DNA of 63,671 nucleotides, filler included, from Pirum gemmata (Eukaryota): NCBI GenBank assembly GCA_002812295.1. It is 22 parts of 22 records of this genome, joined end to end, with 100 filler letters (N's around TTAATTAATTAA, not from the genome) between each part and the next. Parts side by side here need not be neighbours in the genome. Positions count along the whole stretch, not along the records: positions 50,261 to 54,630 come from PDIN01005280.1; positions 54,731 to 58,197 come from PDIN01005281.1; positions 58,298 to 60,929 come from PDIN01005282.1; positions 61,030 to 63,671 come from PDIN01005284.1; 18 more parts are not named here. One strand, 5' to 3'. Shown piece by piece: positions 53,000 to 63,671 of this stretch (position 1 is its first letter; each line of letters starts with the position of its first letter). The notes under the pieces were generated by a model. It saw only the letters and a program-made list of their open reading frames with translations, ran no database searches and was not told where the DNA came from. The position numbers and the translations under genes were made by a program.

Positions 53000-54278
53000 T
53001 TAGAAGCACTTCAATGTTATTACTCCTAGTAACACTGAGATCAAAGGCAATGGCATAAGCACTTGACTATTACCACCAAGGTCGCCGCCACTACCAGTAG
53101 TAGTAGCACCATGTACCGAAGTAAGATTGCGTGTACCTAAACCGATTCTACCCGATTTAAAATCAAAAACAGAAACATATTTCCTGATGAAAACGTCACC
53201 CAAAATAACCAAATCCATACCTGACGAGGACCCGATGCCAAATCCACATTGATTATTAATTGTAAGCACATAATCGCGAGGAGTTAAGATGAAGATACTG
53301 TTATTAAGAGTGAAAGAAATGTCGGGGAGAGAATCTATGTTGGAGCAATCAGCTTGTAACATTCCCGTTAATTCGATTGCGGACATTACAGCATCGTACA
53401 TTTTTGTGGGCAAAACGATCAATGAAGTGCCAGTATCAACAATCGCTCCATAAGAACCAGATAGAAAACTAATTACCGGGTAATAGTTGACAGAAACGAA
53501 ATTCAAAGCTACTTGCCAGTAAAGTTTTTGTGTTACCGGTATCCAAGTCAAATTACCAACTACACTTGATTCTTCGTAATAACCAAAAGTGACATAACTT
53601 TGTTGAGAATCACCGGATAAGTAAAACGAAAAGACGGGAGATTCCAATAGCCCTTGCTCTTCCATGTTGAATTGTACGGGTGTGGGGCTGTTTGTAGAGT
53701 TTATAGGTTGGGCTAAATCAGGGAACCCCAAACCCAAAATACCATCTAATGGCTGATCTGAAAAAAAGTCGGCCATTTGGTTTGCAACTCCTATCCCTTG
53801 GCCTTGCACAGACAGGCCACCTACAAATAATGTATCTGAATCTATCTCTCCTGTCTGAAATAACAATAACAATACATATATCAATCAATCAATAAATTTT
53901 TATATAAACGAATTAACGAATCTTTTCGTATCAGTAAGAATAGAAAACCCTGTCTTTTGGTTATAAATTACTAAATAATTTTTTTCAAAAAGTATACTTA
54001 AAAGATAAATTAGAAAGGTTACAAAAACAACAATCCAACGAAAAAAGTATATAAACATCTTACCATTGAGCCCGTTCCGTATTGGATTTGAAGTGGTATA
54101 CCTTCATAAGACATAGTACTACTTTTTGATGGATTATATTTTCGTTTATTTGAACACCCAGTCGAATCACATTTTGGTCCAGGAACCCAAAGATTGGAAG
54201 AGCCTGTGTCAAAAACCACTTCAAAGGGTCCTTGAGGCTCATTTCCTATAGTGATTTCTCCAATATATGTCACATTTT
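53000..54278 (-). CDS. Pepsin-family (A1) aspartic protease, 3' exons (54278-54064, 53854-53000), possible GPI-anchor tail
   Basis: YIGEITIG.EPQ.FEVVFDTGSSNLWVP, IQYGTGSM|TG, DGILGLGF, YWQV, AIVDTGTSLI, ILGDVFIRKYVSVFD. Gly/Thr spacer plus hydrophobic C-terminus. Confidence 0.93.
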
Positions 54279-54547
54279 CTAATAGGTAATATAAAAATAC
54301 AGCAACAATAACAGTAAGCAAAACATCAGTGAATAAAAATAGTGTAGCCAAAATTGATAGAGGCGGTAGTAAGTAGTAAAAACAGTATACGTAGTGGCAT
54401 GGGTAATAGTAGAAATAATACAATAATACAAAAGGTGTAATAGTATAGTAAGAGAGAGATGAGGAGAGAGATGAGGAGAGAGATGAGGAGAGAGGGAGAG
54501 AGATGAGGAGAGAGGGAGATAGATGAGGAGAGATGAGGAGAGATGAG

Positions 54548-54578
<31 letters not shown>

Positions 54579-55199
54579 ATGAGGAGAGATGGAGAGATGA
54601 GGAGAGAGATGGAGAGATGAGGAGAGAGATNNNNNNNNNNNNNNNNNNNNNNNNNNNNNNNNNNNNNNNNNNNNTTAATTAATTAANNNNNNNNNNNNNN
54701 NNNNNNNNNNNNNNNNNNNNNNNNNNNNNNATAATGATAATAATAATAATAATGATAATAATAATAACAATAATAATAATAATAATAATAATAATACTAA
54801 TAATTATAATAATTTTGTTTTTGGTTGTAACGACGATGAAGACGAGGGTATTTCTTTGGTTTGAGATAGGTTGCGACATATGCGTTGAAATATGTGTTTT
54901 TTTAAAAGTGTCGCGAACACGTACAGAGCAAGAACACGTACAGAGCAAGGTTCATTGTATTCCAACGCTTGGTGTATACCGCTAATTGATCATCACGTTA
55001 GAAGTAGCGGGGTTCCTGGTCGGCGTCCACTTCAAGCTGGAAATAGATTCAGCGGACCAACTTTTTTAAAAAGAACCAAAGTCCAAGGCAAGGATCGTTG
55101 TGGTTAGGGTCTTGCTGTTTGAGGCTAACCTATTACCACGTTAAAAATTACCAAGGTTCTTAGCCATCGTCTGACACCAAGCATGAAGCAAAGACGGGA

Positions 55200-55352
55200 T
55201 AAGCCTCTCCCAATTTTCCATTTTTTCGGGTTTATAAATAAATAAATATACTTGAATACTTAATTGTTAGCTTAAAATTTTCGAACTTATTTAATTAATG
55301 TATAGGCTCGAAAACTCGATTTTTTAAAGAAAGTAGAATTGGGAGAAGCCTG
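55200..55352. mobile_element. hAT-type MITE family E (internally deleted) with 8-bp TSD AGACGGGA
   Basis: agacggga|taagcctctccc ... gggagaagcctg|agacggga. Other copies at 62482-62700 and 63183-63393. Confidence 0.85.
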
Positions 55353-57308
55353 AGACGGGATTCCCAATCCTTAAACCCGTAACCTAATAAGGGCCAATAG
55401 CCCCTGCGGGAGCAATATTCTTCAAAAAATGTCGACTCCCAGACCTTGCCTTTTTTGATTCAGTTTTTCGTGCTTGATGCCTACCCAATGCCATGTTTGA
55501 AAGTACCGAGATGTCTGGTCAGCGTCCCACTTTAGCCACGAACGACTATAGGCATCGTCCAATGCGAAGCACCGCAACCGAGAATAAGCGTAGACGCCAG
55601 TACTATGCCCGTTGCGTATCATCACATGATGCGTAACCCTAACCAAGTACCTCGTTAAAAAGCACCAAGGCTCTTAAGAGGTTAGCGCCCTATTCCGATT
55701 TGAACCACGATGTTTCGCCCCGTAACCTGATAAAGGATCAACTTTTTCAAAAGAGTTGAGGCACAGGTCGGTCGATGCTCATTATGCCCAACGCTTTATA
55801 TATTATGTCTTGCTAGCTCGAATTAATTGTGATTGATAAATAGATTGATACATTTTTAAACACTGATTAATAACATAAAACCGTCCTACCAAAGCTATAG
55901 AACCAAATCCCAATACCAAACTTCGTAGTGTAAGGAAGGCCGAGTAACCGAAAAAGGAGACAACCCCCCATAAAAACTAACAATAACAATACCAACTAAC
56001 AATAACAAACACTTAACAATAACAACTAACACTAACACTAACAATAACAACAACAACAACAATAACAATAACAATAACAGTCAACTTTATATTACACATA
56101 CTTACCCATATTATCATCAGTTTCAATTGCTTTGCTACTATTTAATATTTGGACTGAAGGGGTACCTTATTACACATTGGGAGCTAACATAGGGAGTTGC
56201 CCATTATAAGCTTGAACAAACCTTGAAGCAGATCAGTGCGGCTTGAAAAGGAAGGAAAAGAAAACAATAATAAAAGAAATTTTGCTACAGAAATTTTGTG
56301 CTCCATGGGGCAAAAAAAAAAGGGGGTTAGGGTTAGGGTTAGGTAAAACTCATCGCAAAACCCGCCAAAAATACCTATTATAAAAAGTTATTAAATTAAA
56401 TAAGTAATTAAATATTATATCATCATATTATTACAGTATTATTATCGTGTTTTTCAATATTGTTGTCCAGTTCAAAGACTGAAATAAACGTGCCAAATTA
56501 TTATTATGGTTAAACTATCAGACATGATTTGATTAATTTGGTATTTTATACTTAATGTTTCATTTTATAAACAAGTTCAATTATACACCTAAACAGTACC
56601 AACTTAAAGATTGAGAGGACAACTGTTATAATATATATATTAATAGACGATACTATTATAAGTTATCAAGGACTTCATTATTAAATTTTTAAGGTATAGT
56701 GTTGTTTTTCAGTTGTTTTGTCATCATAAAGTATACAATAAAGAGTACCAAATTTAATACAATATAAATCCATTTCATTTCATTTGGTATATTTTATTAT
56801 ATATTTATTTATTTAAAAGTTTCAATTTAAATATTATTAATATAAACAAAAAAAATAAATATTCAGAGTGATAAAATAAATGAAAAGCACGATAGTCAAT
56901 CTATTATAGTTTTGGTACATTTATGACTACAAAAAAACATAAACGGCAGCTCAAAATAATTATGTTAAACATGGACGGACGGTCAACACGGAAAACAAAA
57001 ATAAGCCTCCCAATTTGCAAGGACTATAACTACTTTTTGATTGTAAACGGGCGCTAACATACCGTTTTCATGTTTTAGTTTTTTTTATATATTATAACAT
57101 AACGACTTTGATTTTGTTTTAGTGTTCTTACATTCATTTTTAGTTAGTCAGTAAGTATATTTATTTAAGTACTATTTATTCACTTTATTTATTTGTTTTT
57201 TTTTTGTTTTGGCTATTTAATTAATAGGATGATTCTGATCACGTGGAAATTGTTATGGACACAGAGGAGTACACACCCACACACATATATATACACCCTA
57301 ACCCCATC

Positions 57309-57352
<44 letters not shown>

Positions 57353-57393
57353 NNNNGTAGTAGTAGTAGTAGTAGTAGTAATAGTAGTAGTAA

Positions 57394-57444
<51 letters not shown>

Positions 57445-57857
57445 TAGTAGTAGTGGTGGTGGTGATGTTGGTTGTGGTGATGGTAGTAGTGGTAGCACTG
57501 GTAGTACTTGTATTGGTAGTATTGGCAGGATCGACAGTAGTAGTAGTTTAAGTAGTTTAGCTGTAGTTTAGCGGTAGTTTTAGTAGTAGCAACAGTAGTA
57601 GTAGAAGGAGCAGACTTAGCGACAGTAGTATGGGTTAGTGGTAGCGGCAATGGTAGTGGTAGTGGTAAGGGGTAGTGATAGTGATAGTGATAGTGATAGT
57701 GGTGGTGGGTAGGAGTAGTGGTAGTGAAAGTGATAGGAATGTGGTGGGGGTTGGGGAAGGGAATGTGTAGTAAAAAATAAAGTGGCAGTGGTAGTGGTAG
57801 TGGTGATCCTAACCCTAACTCTGATACTAACTCTTATCTCTAAAACTCTAACCTTAG

Positions 57858-58164
57858 AAAATAGCCAACGCTACAGACTGGAAAGACTTGGTTTCTGAAA
57901 TTTCCCCAACAAATCAATACAAATTGATTCTTCAAAATTGTGATGCAATTAACAATATTATCAATAACGAAAGGAATTTAAATAATAATAATAATACTAT
58001 TCAGTTCCGTTCACAAGGGGGTTCAATTTCTTATTCATTGATTTCAAATTGGATCCGGTTTTTAGTGTTTTTTGTTAAAAGTTGTAATGATAGGGTGGCT
58101 AAATGTCCAAACAACAATGAAGTGCTACTAAAAACACAATGCTTTGAAAGCGGTAGAGATGCTG
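57858..58164 (+). CDS. Exon resembling the C-terminal part of the putative amidoligase (Amidoligase_2) family
   Basis: NQYKLILQN...TIQFRSQGGSISYSLISNWIRFLVFFV resembles RY.KLNL...TIEFRQH.GT.....I..WV.F...FV. Preceded by acceptor ...ctaaccttag. Confidence 0.45.
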
Positions 58165-58166
58165 GT

Positions 58167-58197
<31 letters not shown>

Positions 58198-58512
58198 NNN
58201 NNNNNNNNNNNNNNNNNNNNNNNNNNNNNNNNNNNNNNNNNTTAATTAATTAANNNNNNNNNNNNNNNNNNNNNNNNNNNNNNNNNNNNNNNNNNNNTAT
58301 TATTTATTATTTATTATTTATTATTGTTAGTATTAGTATATTATTATTTTTTATTCTTTTAAAAATGTTTAATTAAATAAATGCAAATCGGCATTGTCAA
58401 TAAAAATAAAAAACAAAGCAAAAAAACAAAAACAAAACAACAACACAAAACAAAAAAATATCTAAGCAAAAACAAAATCCAACAAATAATATAAGCAATA
58501 ATAATAATAAAA

Positions 58513-60729
58513 ATGTGCAGACAATGCCACAAAGATGATTGCAACAAACAGCCCATTTACAATTATCCCGGTGAATCGAAACCTTTGTATTGTAATAGTT
58601 GTAAAATCGAAGGTATGGTTGACATTGTAAGTAAAAGATGTCAAGGTGGTTGTGGAAAACGACCTTCATTTAACGTAGTAGGTGAAAAAAAGGGGATGTA
58701 TTGCAGTAAGTGCAAATTACAAGGAATGGTTAATGTAGTTGATAATCGTAGATGTGTGGGCGGTTGTGGTAAACAACCTAGTTATAATTACCCTGGGGAA
58801 AGTAAAGGTTTGTATTGCAAGTATTGTAAAGTGTATGGGATGTTAAATGTAGTTAGCAAAAGATGTTTAGGATTATGTGGTAAGCATCCTGCATTTAATT
58901 ACCCTGGAGAAACCAAAAAGTTGTATTGTAACGATTGCAAATTAGATGGTATGGTGGATATTATGACGCGTACTTGTTTGGGTTGGTGTGGGGGTAAGAG
59001 ACCTAGTTACAATTTTCCTGGTGAAACACGTGGTTTGTATTGTAATGAATGTAAAAAAGAGGGTATGGTTGACGTGAAAAATAAAAGATGCGCCGGTGGT
59101 TGTGGCAAACAGCCGTATTTTAACTTTATAGGTGAAACTAAAGGTAAATTTTGTAATGGATGTAAAATGAAAGGGATGGTCGATGTTATTCATAAACGTT
59201 GTCGTGGTGGTTGTGGTACTAGACCTAATTATAATTATGTTGGAAATTCGAAAGGATTGTATTGTAGTAAATGCAAATTGGAAGGGATGGTAAATGTAAA
59301 AACTGGGTATGTCGGTAAAAAGAAACAACAACAACAACAAAAACAAAACACTAAAGTTAAGAAAGATCCGGAACAGTTACTACAAGGCCTTGAGATTAAA
59401 GAAGAGGAAAAAATGGAAGAGCAAGCACAAGTACAACCACAGCTACAAATACAACAAGAACAAAAATATGAAGAACAAGAACAAGAACAAGAACAAGAAC
59501 AAGAACAAGAACAGGAACAGGAACAAGAACAAGAAGAAGAGGAGGAGGAGGAGGAACAGGATTCAGAGCAAGAAGAAGAAGAAGAACTAGATCAAGAAGT
59601 GGAATACGATCAACCACCACTGCATGTGCAACAACAACAACAGCACAACCAACAACAGCACAACCAACAACAGCACAACCAACAGCAACACAACCAACAA
59701 CAACATCATCATAATCACCAACATCATCGTTATCATCATCATTATAATAATGACAGAAACCATCCTTACTACAACCATAAGAATAACCACCACCACCACC
59801 ACCATCGCCACCACAACAACAGTAGCAACAATAATAATAACCTTTATAATGAGTCTCTCTCCCCTCAAACTCGACACCACAGCCCATATCCCGTGAGCCA
59901 ACCCCATTCACCAGTCGCATCCTTTAGTCAACCAGCGTCGCCAATTACGTCCTACAGTCAACCACCTTCTCCAAAAACGCAATCTCCTTTTCACTCTCCT
60001 CGGCCTATGGAATATGAGGACGACAATTACGGTTATGGTAATGCAAGAGGGTATAATGATTATTATGAACATGATGATTATAACAATAATCACAATAATA
60101 ATAATAATAATAGTAATAACTATGATCATAGATTTTTACATCCTTCTAAAATTCATAACCGTTTAAGAAATTTGAAATCTTTTAAACAAGACCAACAGCA
60201 TGAGAATCATCATCATCATTATAATACACAATTACACCAACACCAGCATCAACATCAACACCAACACCAACACCAACGTCAACATCAACATCAACATCAA
60301 CAATACCAAAATCACTATCAGGAAAATAACAATTACAGTAACAATAACAATTACAATAATAATTATAATAACAATTATGATCATTACTCCCACTCCCCCC
60401 AACCATTCGAAGCAAACACACCAATGAACACACCAATGAACACACCAATGAACACACCAATGAACACACCAATGAACACACCAATGAACACACCGGTCAG
60501 CACACCGGAAACCCTGCGGTATACCGGAGCTTACTCCCGGTCAACTCCAAGTACTCCCTGCGGTTCTCCTGCGGTTTCACCAACTTACTCTGATAATAAG
60601 GAAAACCAACAGCCATATTTTCACAAAAATGAAAAGCACCATCTTAATTATTATCCTCATAATAACGATAATAACAATAACGATAACAATCGTAATAATA
60701 TTTATTCAATTAATTATTTGTTACAGTAA
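58513..60729 (+). CDS. EsV-1-7-type cysteine-rich repeat protein (7 repeats) with long acidic/Gln/His/Asn- and SP/TP-rich tail
   Basis: Intact 738-aa ORF. Repeat unit CxGxCGKxPx(F/Y)NxxGExKGxYCxxCKxxGMV(D/N)V of ~37 aa. Six TPMN repeats at ~60418-60489. Confidence 0.85.
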   Translation: MCRQCHKDDCNKQPIYNYPGESKPLYCNSCKIEGMVDIVSKRCQGGCGKRPSFNVVGEKKGMYCSKCKLQGMVNVVDNRRCVGGCGKQPSYNYPGESKGLYCKYCKVYGMLNVVSKRCLGLCGKHPAFNYPGETKKLYCNDCKLDGMVDIMTRTCLGWCGGKRPSYNFPGETRGLYCNECKKEGMVDVKNKRCAGGCGKQPYFNFIGETKGKFCNGCKMKGMVDVIHKRCRGGCGTRPNYNYVGNSKGLYCSKCKLEGMVNVKTGYVGKKKQQQQQKQNTKVKKDPEQLLQGLEIKEEEKMEEQAQVQPQLQIQQEQKYEEQEQEQEQEQEQEQEQEQEQEEEEEEEEQDSEQEEEEELDQEVEYDQPPLHVQQQQQHNQQQHNQQQHNQQQHNQQQHHHNHQHHRYHHHYNNDRNHPYYNHKNNHHHHHHRHHNNSSNNNNNLYNESLSPQTRHHSPYPVSQPHSPVASFSQPASPITSYSQPPSPKTQSPFHSPRPMEYEDDNYGYGNARGYNDYYEHDDYNNNHNNNNNNSNNYDHRFLHPSKIHNRLRNLKSFKQDQQHENHHHHYNTQLHQHQHQHQHQHQHQRQHQHQHQQYQNHYQENNNYSNNNNYNNNYNNNYDHYSHSPQPFEANTPMNTPMNTPMNTPMNTPMNTPMNTPVSTPETLRYTGAYSRSTPSTPCGSPAVSPTYSDNKENQQPYFHKNEKHHLNYYPHNNDNNNNDNNRNNIYSINYLLQ

Positions 60730-60772
60730 AAATGTTGTTTAATTATTATTATTATTATTTGTGTTTAGTAAA

Positions 60773-60803
<31 letters not shown>

Positions 60804-61344
60804 GAAGCAATAATAAAAATATTAAAAATTCTAATTCGTACCTATTTTTCATTTAGTTGTTTATATTAATTAATTGATTGTTGTAAATTAAATAATAATA
60901 ATGATAATGGTAATAATAATAATAATAATNNNNNNNNNNNNNNNNNNNNNNNNNNNNNNNNNNNNNNNNNNNNTTAATTAATTAANNNNNNNNNNNNNNN
61001 NNNNNNNNNNNNNNNNNNNNNNNNNNNNNTTAGATCGAAAAATTTCGAAAAATTCGAACTAGTCTCGATTCGATGGTTTTTCCCGCATCTACCAATAAGA
61101 ACATCAAAATCCAAAAAATCTCAAAATGATCCAATTTTAATAAAAGTAGTACCAAAATTTGAGAATCGTTTGAAACTAAAAAACTCTATTATGAACCAAT
61201 GGCGAGTTTTTAAAATTAATTTGGCTAGTTTTTAAAAATAGAAAAGAAGTCTAAAAAAAAAAAACTCCCCAGTTCAAACTAAAATAAATGTACCCAATTA
61301 TTGTTATAACGAAACTATTAGACATGTTTTAATTAAAGATTGAG

Positions 61345-61992
61345 CTAACCCTAACCTTAACCCCTAACCCTAACCCTAACCCCTAACCCTAACCCCTAAC
61401 CCTAACCATAACCCTAACCCCTAACCCTAACCCCTGACCCTAACCCCTAACCCTAACCCTAACCCTAACCCCTAACGCCTAACCCTGACCCTAACCCTCA
61501 CTCTCATCTCATGTGTCTGTAGACAGATTAGTAGAGAATAGTATTTAACCTCAACCCAGATATTTCTTGTTACATAACTTTTACGTCATTATTAAATTTG
61601 CGTTATTTCCAGGTTGGTTAGGGTTAGGGTTAGGGTTAGGGTTAAAGTTAGCTAGGGTAAGGGTTAGACTACTAGCTAGGGAAGGGTTTAGGAGATTTAG
61701 GAGGGTTAGGGTTAGAGTTAGGGTTAGGGTTAGGGTTAGGGTTAGGGTTAGGGTTAAGGCTTTAGGGTTAGGGTTAGGGTTAGGGTTAGGGTTAGGGTTA
61801 GGGTTAGGGCTTTAGGGTTAGGGGTTAGGGTGGTTAGGGTTAGGGTTAGGGTTAAGGTAACATATTACTTGNTTAGGGTTAGGGTTAGGGTTAAGGTTAG
61901 GGTTAGGGTTAGGGTTAGGGTTAGGGTTAGGGTTAGGGTTAGGGCTTTAGGGTTAGGGGTTAGGGTGGTTAGGGTTAGGGTTAGGGTTAAGG
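61345..61992. repeat. Divergent telomeric-type arrays: (CCCTAA/CCCCTAA)n 61345-61497 and (TTAGGG)n 61617-61992
   Basis: C-rich array, ~120 bp spacer, then G-rich array, all internal to a contig. Confidence 0.9.
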
Positions 61993-62356
61993 TAACATAT
62001 TACTTGTTAAAAAACATAAAACAAATTCGATCCAGCGTATGTAAATTTTATTGTAAATGTTAACGTTAATTAATTAAAACGTTATAATTTCGCTTTTCAT
62101 TTATGTTGTTACCCCGAATATTTATTTGGTTGGTTATAATTTTCAAAAATGAAATCAAACAGTAATCAAACCTTTGTAAATCGTAAATCTGTTTGAATGG
62201 TTAAAAAAAATGGTAGAATGCTTTGAAAAAAAAGTAAAAGAATGATATGATACCCACCTATTCCGTTTGAAACAAAAAACTTTCAATCTTATTAATAATT
62301 TCATAGATTTGAATGTTTAAAAAACTAAAACAGCGTTATGGGTAGAATACTAGGAA

Positions 62357-62399
<43 letters not shown>

Positions 62400-63671
62400 G
62401 GGGTAGAATATACTACTAGAATGTGAATAAGGTTAGGGTGGTTCTAAATAAGGTCAAAAATGTCTCGAATCAAATCAGTGATAAGCCTCTCCCAATTCTG
62501 CTCGAGCCCGAAAACTCGAATTTCTACTGTCGAAAAAAAAAGTCAAAATTCAGCCCTGTTCGAAAATTATTTTTTCCCATTTTTTCGGGTTTATTAATTA
62601 ATAAATATATTTGAATATTTAATTATAAGCTTGAACATTTCAAACTTATTAATTAATATATAGACTCGAAATATCGATTTTTAAACAGAGCAGAATTGGG
62701 TTAGGGTCTATTTCATGAATTTGAGGCTATAATATATCTAATAAATCTAATATGACGAGATTTGATTGGTTAAAAAAGTTGGTTCAGATGCCAGGTGGCT
62801 GGAAAATTTCCAAATATAGTAATAATTACAAGTGTTATTTACCAAATTAAGAAATATATCATATGTATCGTGAAATAATTTAAAAACTGCCAACTTTTGG
62901 TTTTCAATAGAACTTTCAGTATTCGAACAATATTCAAACATAGATATTTGTAATAAGTATTTTATAGATTTGAAAATTTCGAAATTATATATAAAAAAAA
63001 AAAGTGGGACGTCACGTCAAGGGGTAGGTAGATAGGCGGTATTTGGCCGGAAATTAACGTCAAGTGGTAGGTAGGTAGGGGTATTCGAAGCAGTACTTGA
63101 CAAAGTTGGACGTTTTTAAATTACTTACACCATATGTAGACTGAAGTTTTTCCTTTTTTGGAGTCTCGAATCAAATCAGTGATAAGCCTCTCCCAATTCT
63201 GCTCGAGCCCGAAAACTCGAATTTTTGCTGTCGAAAAAAAAGCCAAAAATTCAGCCCTGTTCGAAAATTATTTTTTCAATTTTTTCGGGTTTATAAAATA
63301 AATAAATATACTTGAATACTTAACTGTTAGCTTAAAATTTTCGAACTTATTTAATTAATGCATAGGCTCGAAAATTTGAGTTTGGGAGAAGCTGGTTTGG
63401 GAACCTCCCTTTCGTTTGGTATACATACAATAATTTTTTAACTATTATTGTGCTTTTCATTTACTTTATTATGGCAAGATAAATGAAAAGCACTATAATA
63501 ATAATAACAACAAAATAACAATAACACTGTAATAATAATTTATAATTAGTAATAATAATAATAATAATTAATAATCATAATAATCATTATAATAATTAAT
63601 TATAATTATAATAATTATTGATTATAATTATAATTGTATAATAATAATAATACTTAATAATTAATAATAAT

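Noticed and set aside
55098..55150. GTGGTTAGGG...CCACGTTAAA resembling the 5' part of a pistol ribozyme
   Set aside because: There is a long insertion in the loop, and no downstream CCCTAA pseudoknot partner or remaining core.
55608..55650. TAACCCTAACC next to a hairpin, resembling a telomerase RNA template with boundary element
   Set aside because: TTAGGG-like words are ubiquitous here, the hairpin would sequester part of the template, no convincing pseudoknot follows, and the paralogous block at ~55125 lacks the motif.
2623..61029. Regularly spaced TTAATTAATTAA motif every ~2.7 kb, suggesting a periodic element or array
   Set aside because: It is always centred in fixed-length N runs, so it is an artificial linker. 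Apparent gene clusters across linkers (e.g. the two LRR genes) are not real synteny.

Overview
Very AT-rich eukaryotic DNA with many microsatellites and introns. It is not one contiguous locus. About 22 short contigs (mostly ~2.6-2.7 kb) are joined by an artificial N44-TTAATTAATTAA-N44 linker, so gene order across linkers means nothing. TTAGGG repeats, GT-AG introns filled with (AAT)n/(AAC)n, and Asn/Gln-rich proteins suggest a unicellular eukaryote (inference; the lineage cannot be fixed from this window). The main mobile-DNA find is a decayed Fanzor2 (eukaryotic TnpB-type RNA-guided nuclease) with a hairpin-rich 3' region where its omega-RNA would lie. Other mobile or decayed DNA includes two non-LTR retrotransposons, a Crypton-like tandem GCR1_C pseudogene and at least six MITE families. 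Secreted candidates are a furin-site double cystine-knot (conotoxin-like) precursor, a second Cys-rich peptide, a possible aegerolysin/Cry34-like protein and a ricin-B/coiled-coil protein. Enzyme genes or fragments are an intron-containing NRPS-type adenylation domain, a pepsin-like protease, a papain-family exon and an amidoligase-like exon. Also present are an intronless LRR transmembrane receptor, an RI/NLRC3-like LRR protein, an all-Cys EsV-1-7-repeat protein, START and importin-alpha exons, and many interstitial TTAGGG tracts. All family calls are by-eye motif recognition; no database searches were run.
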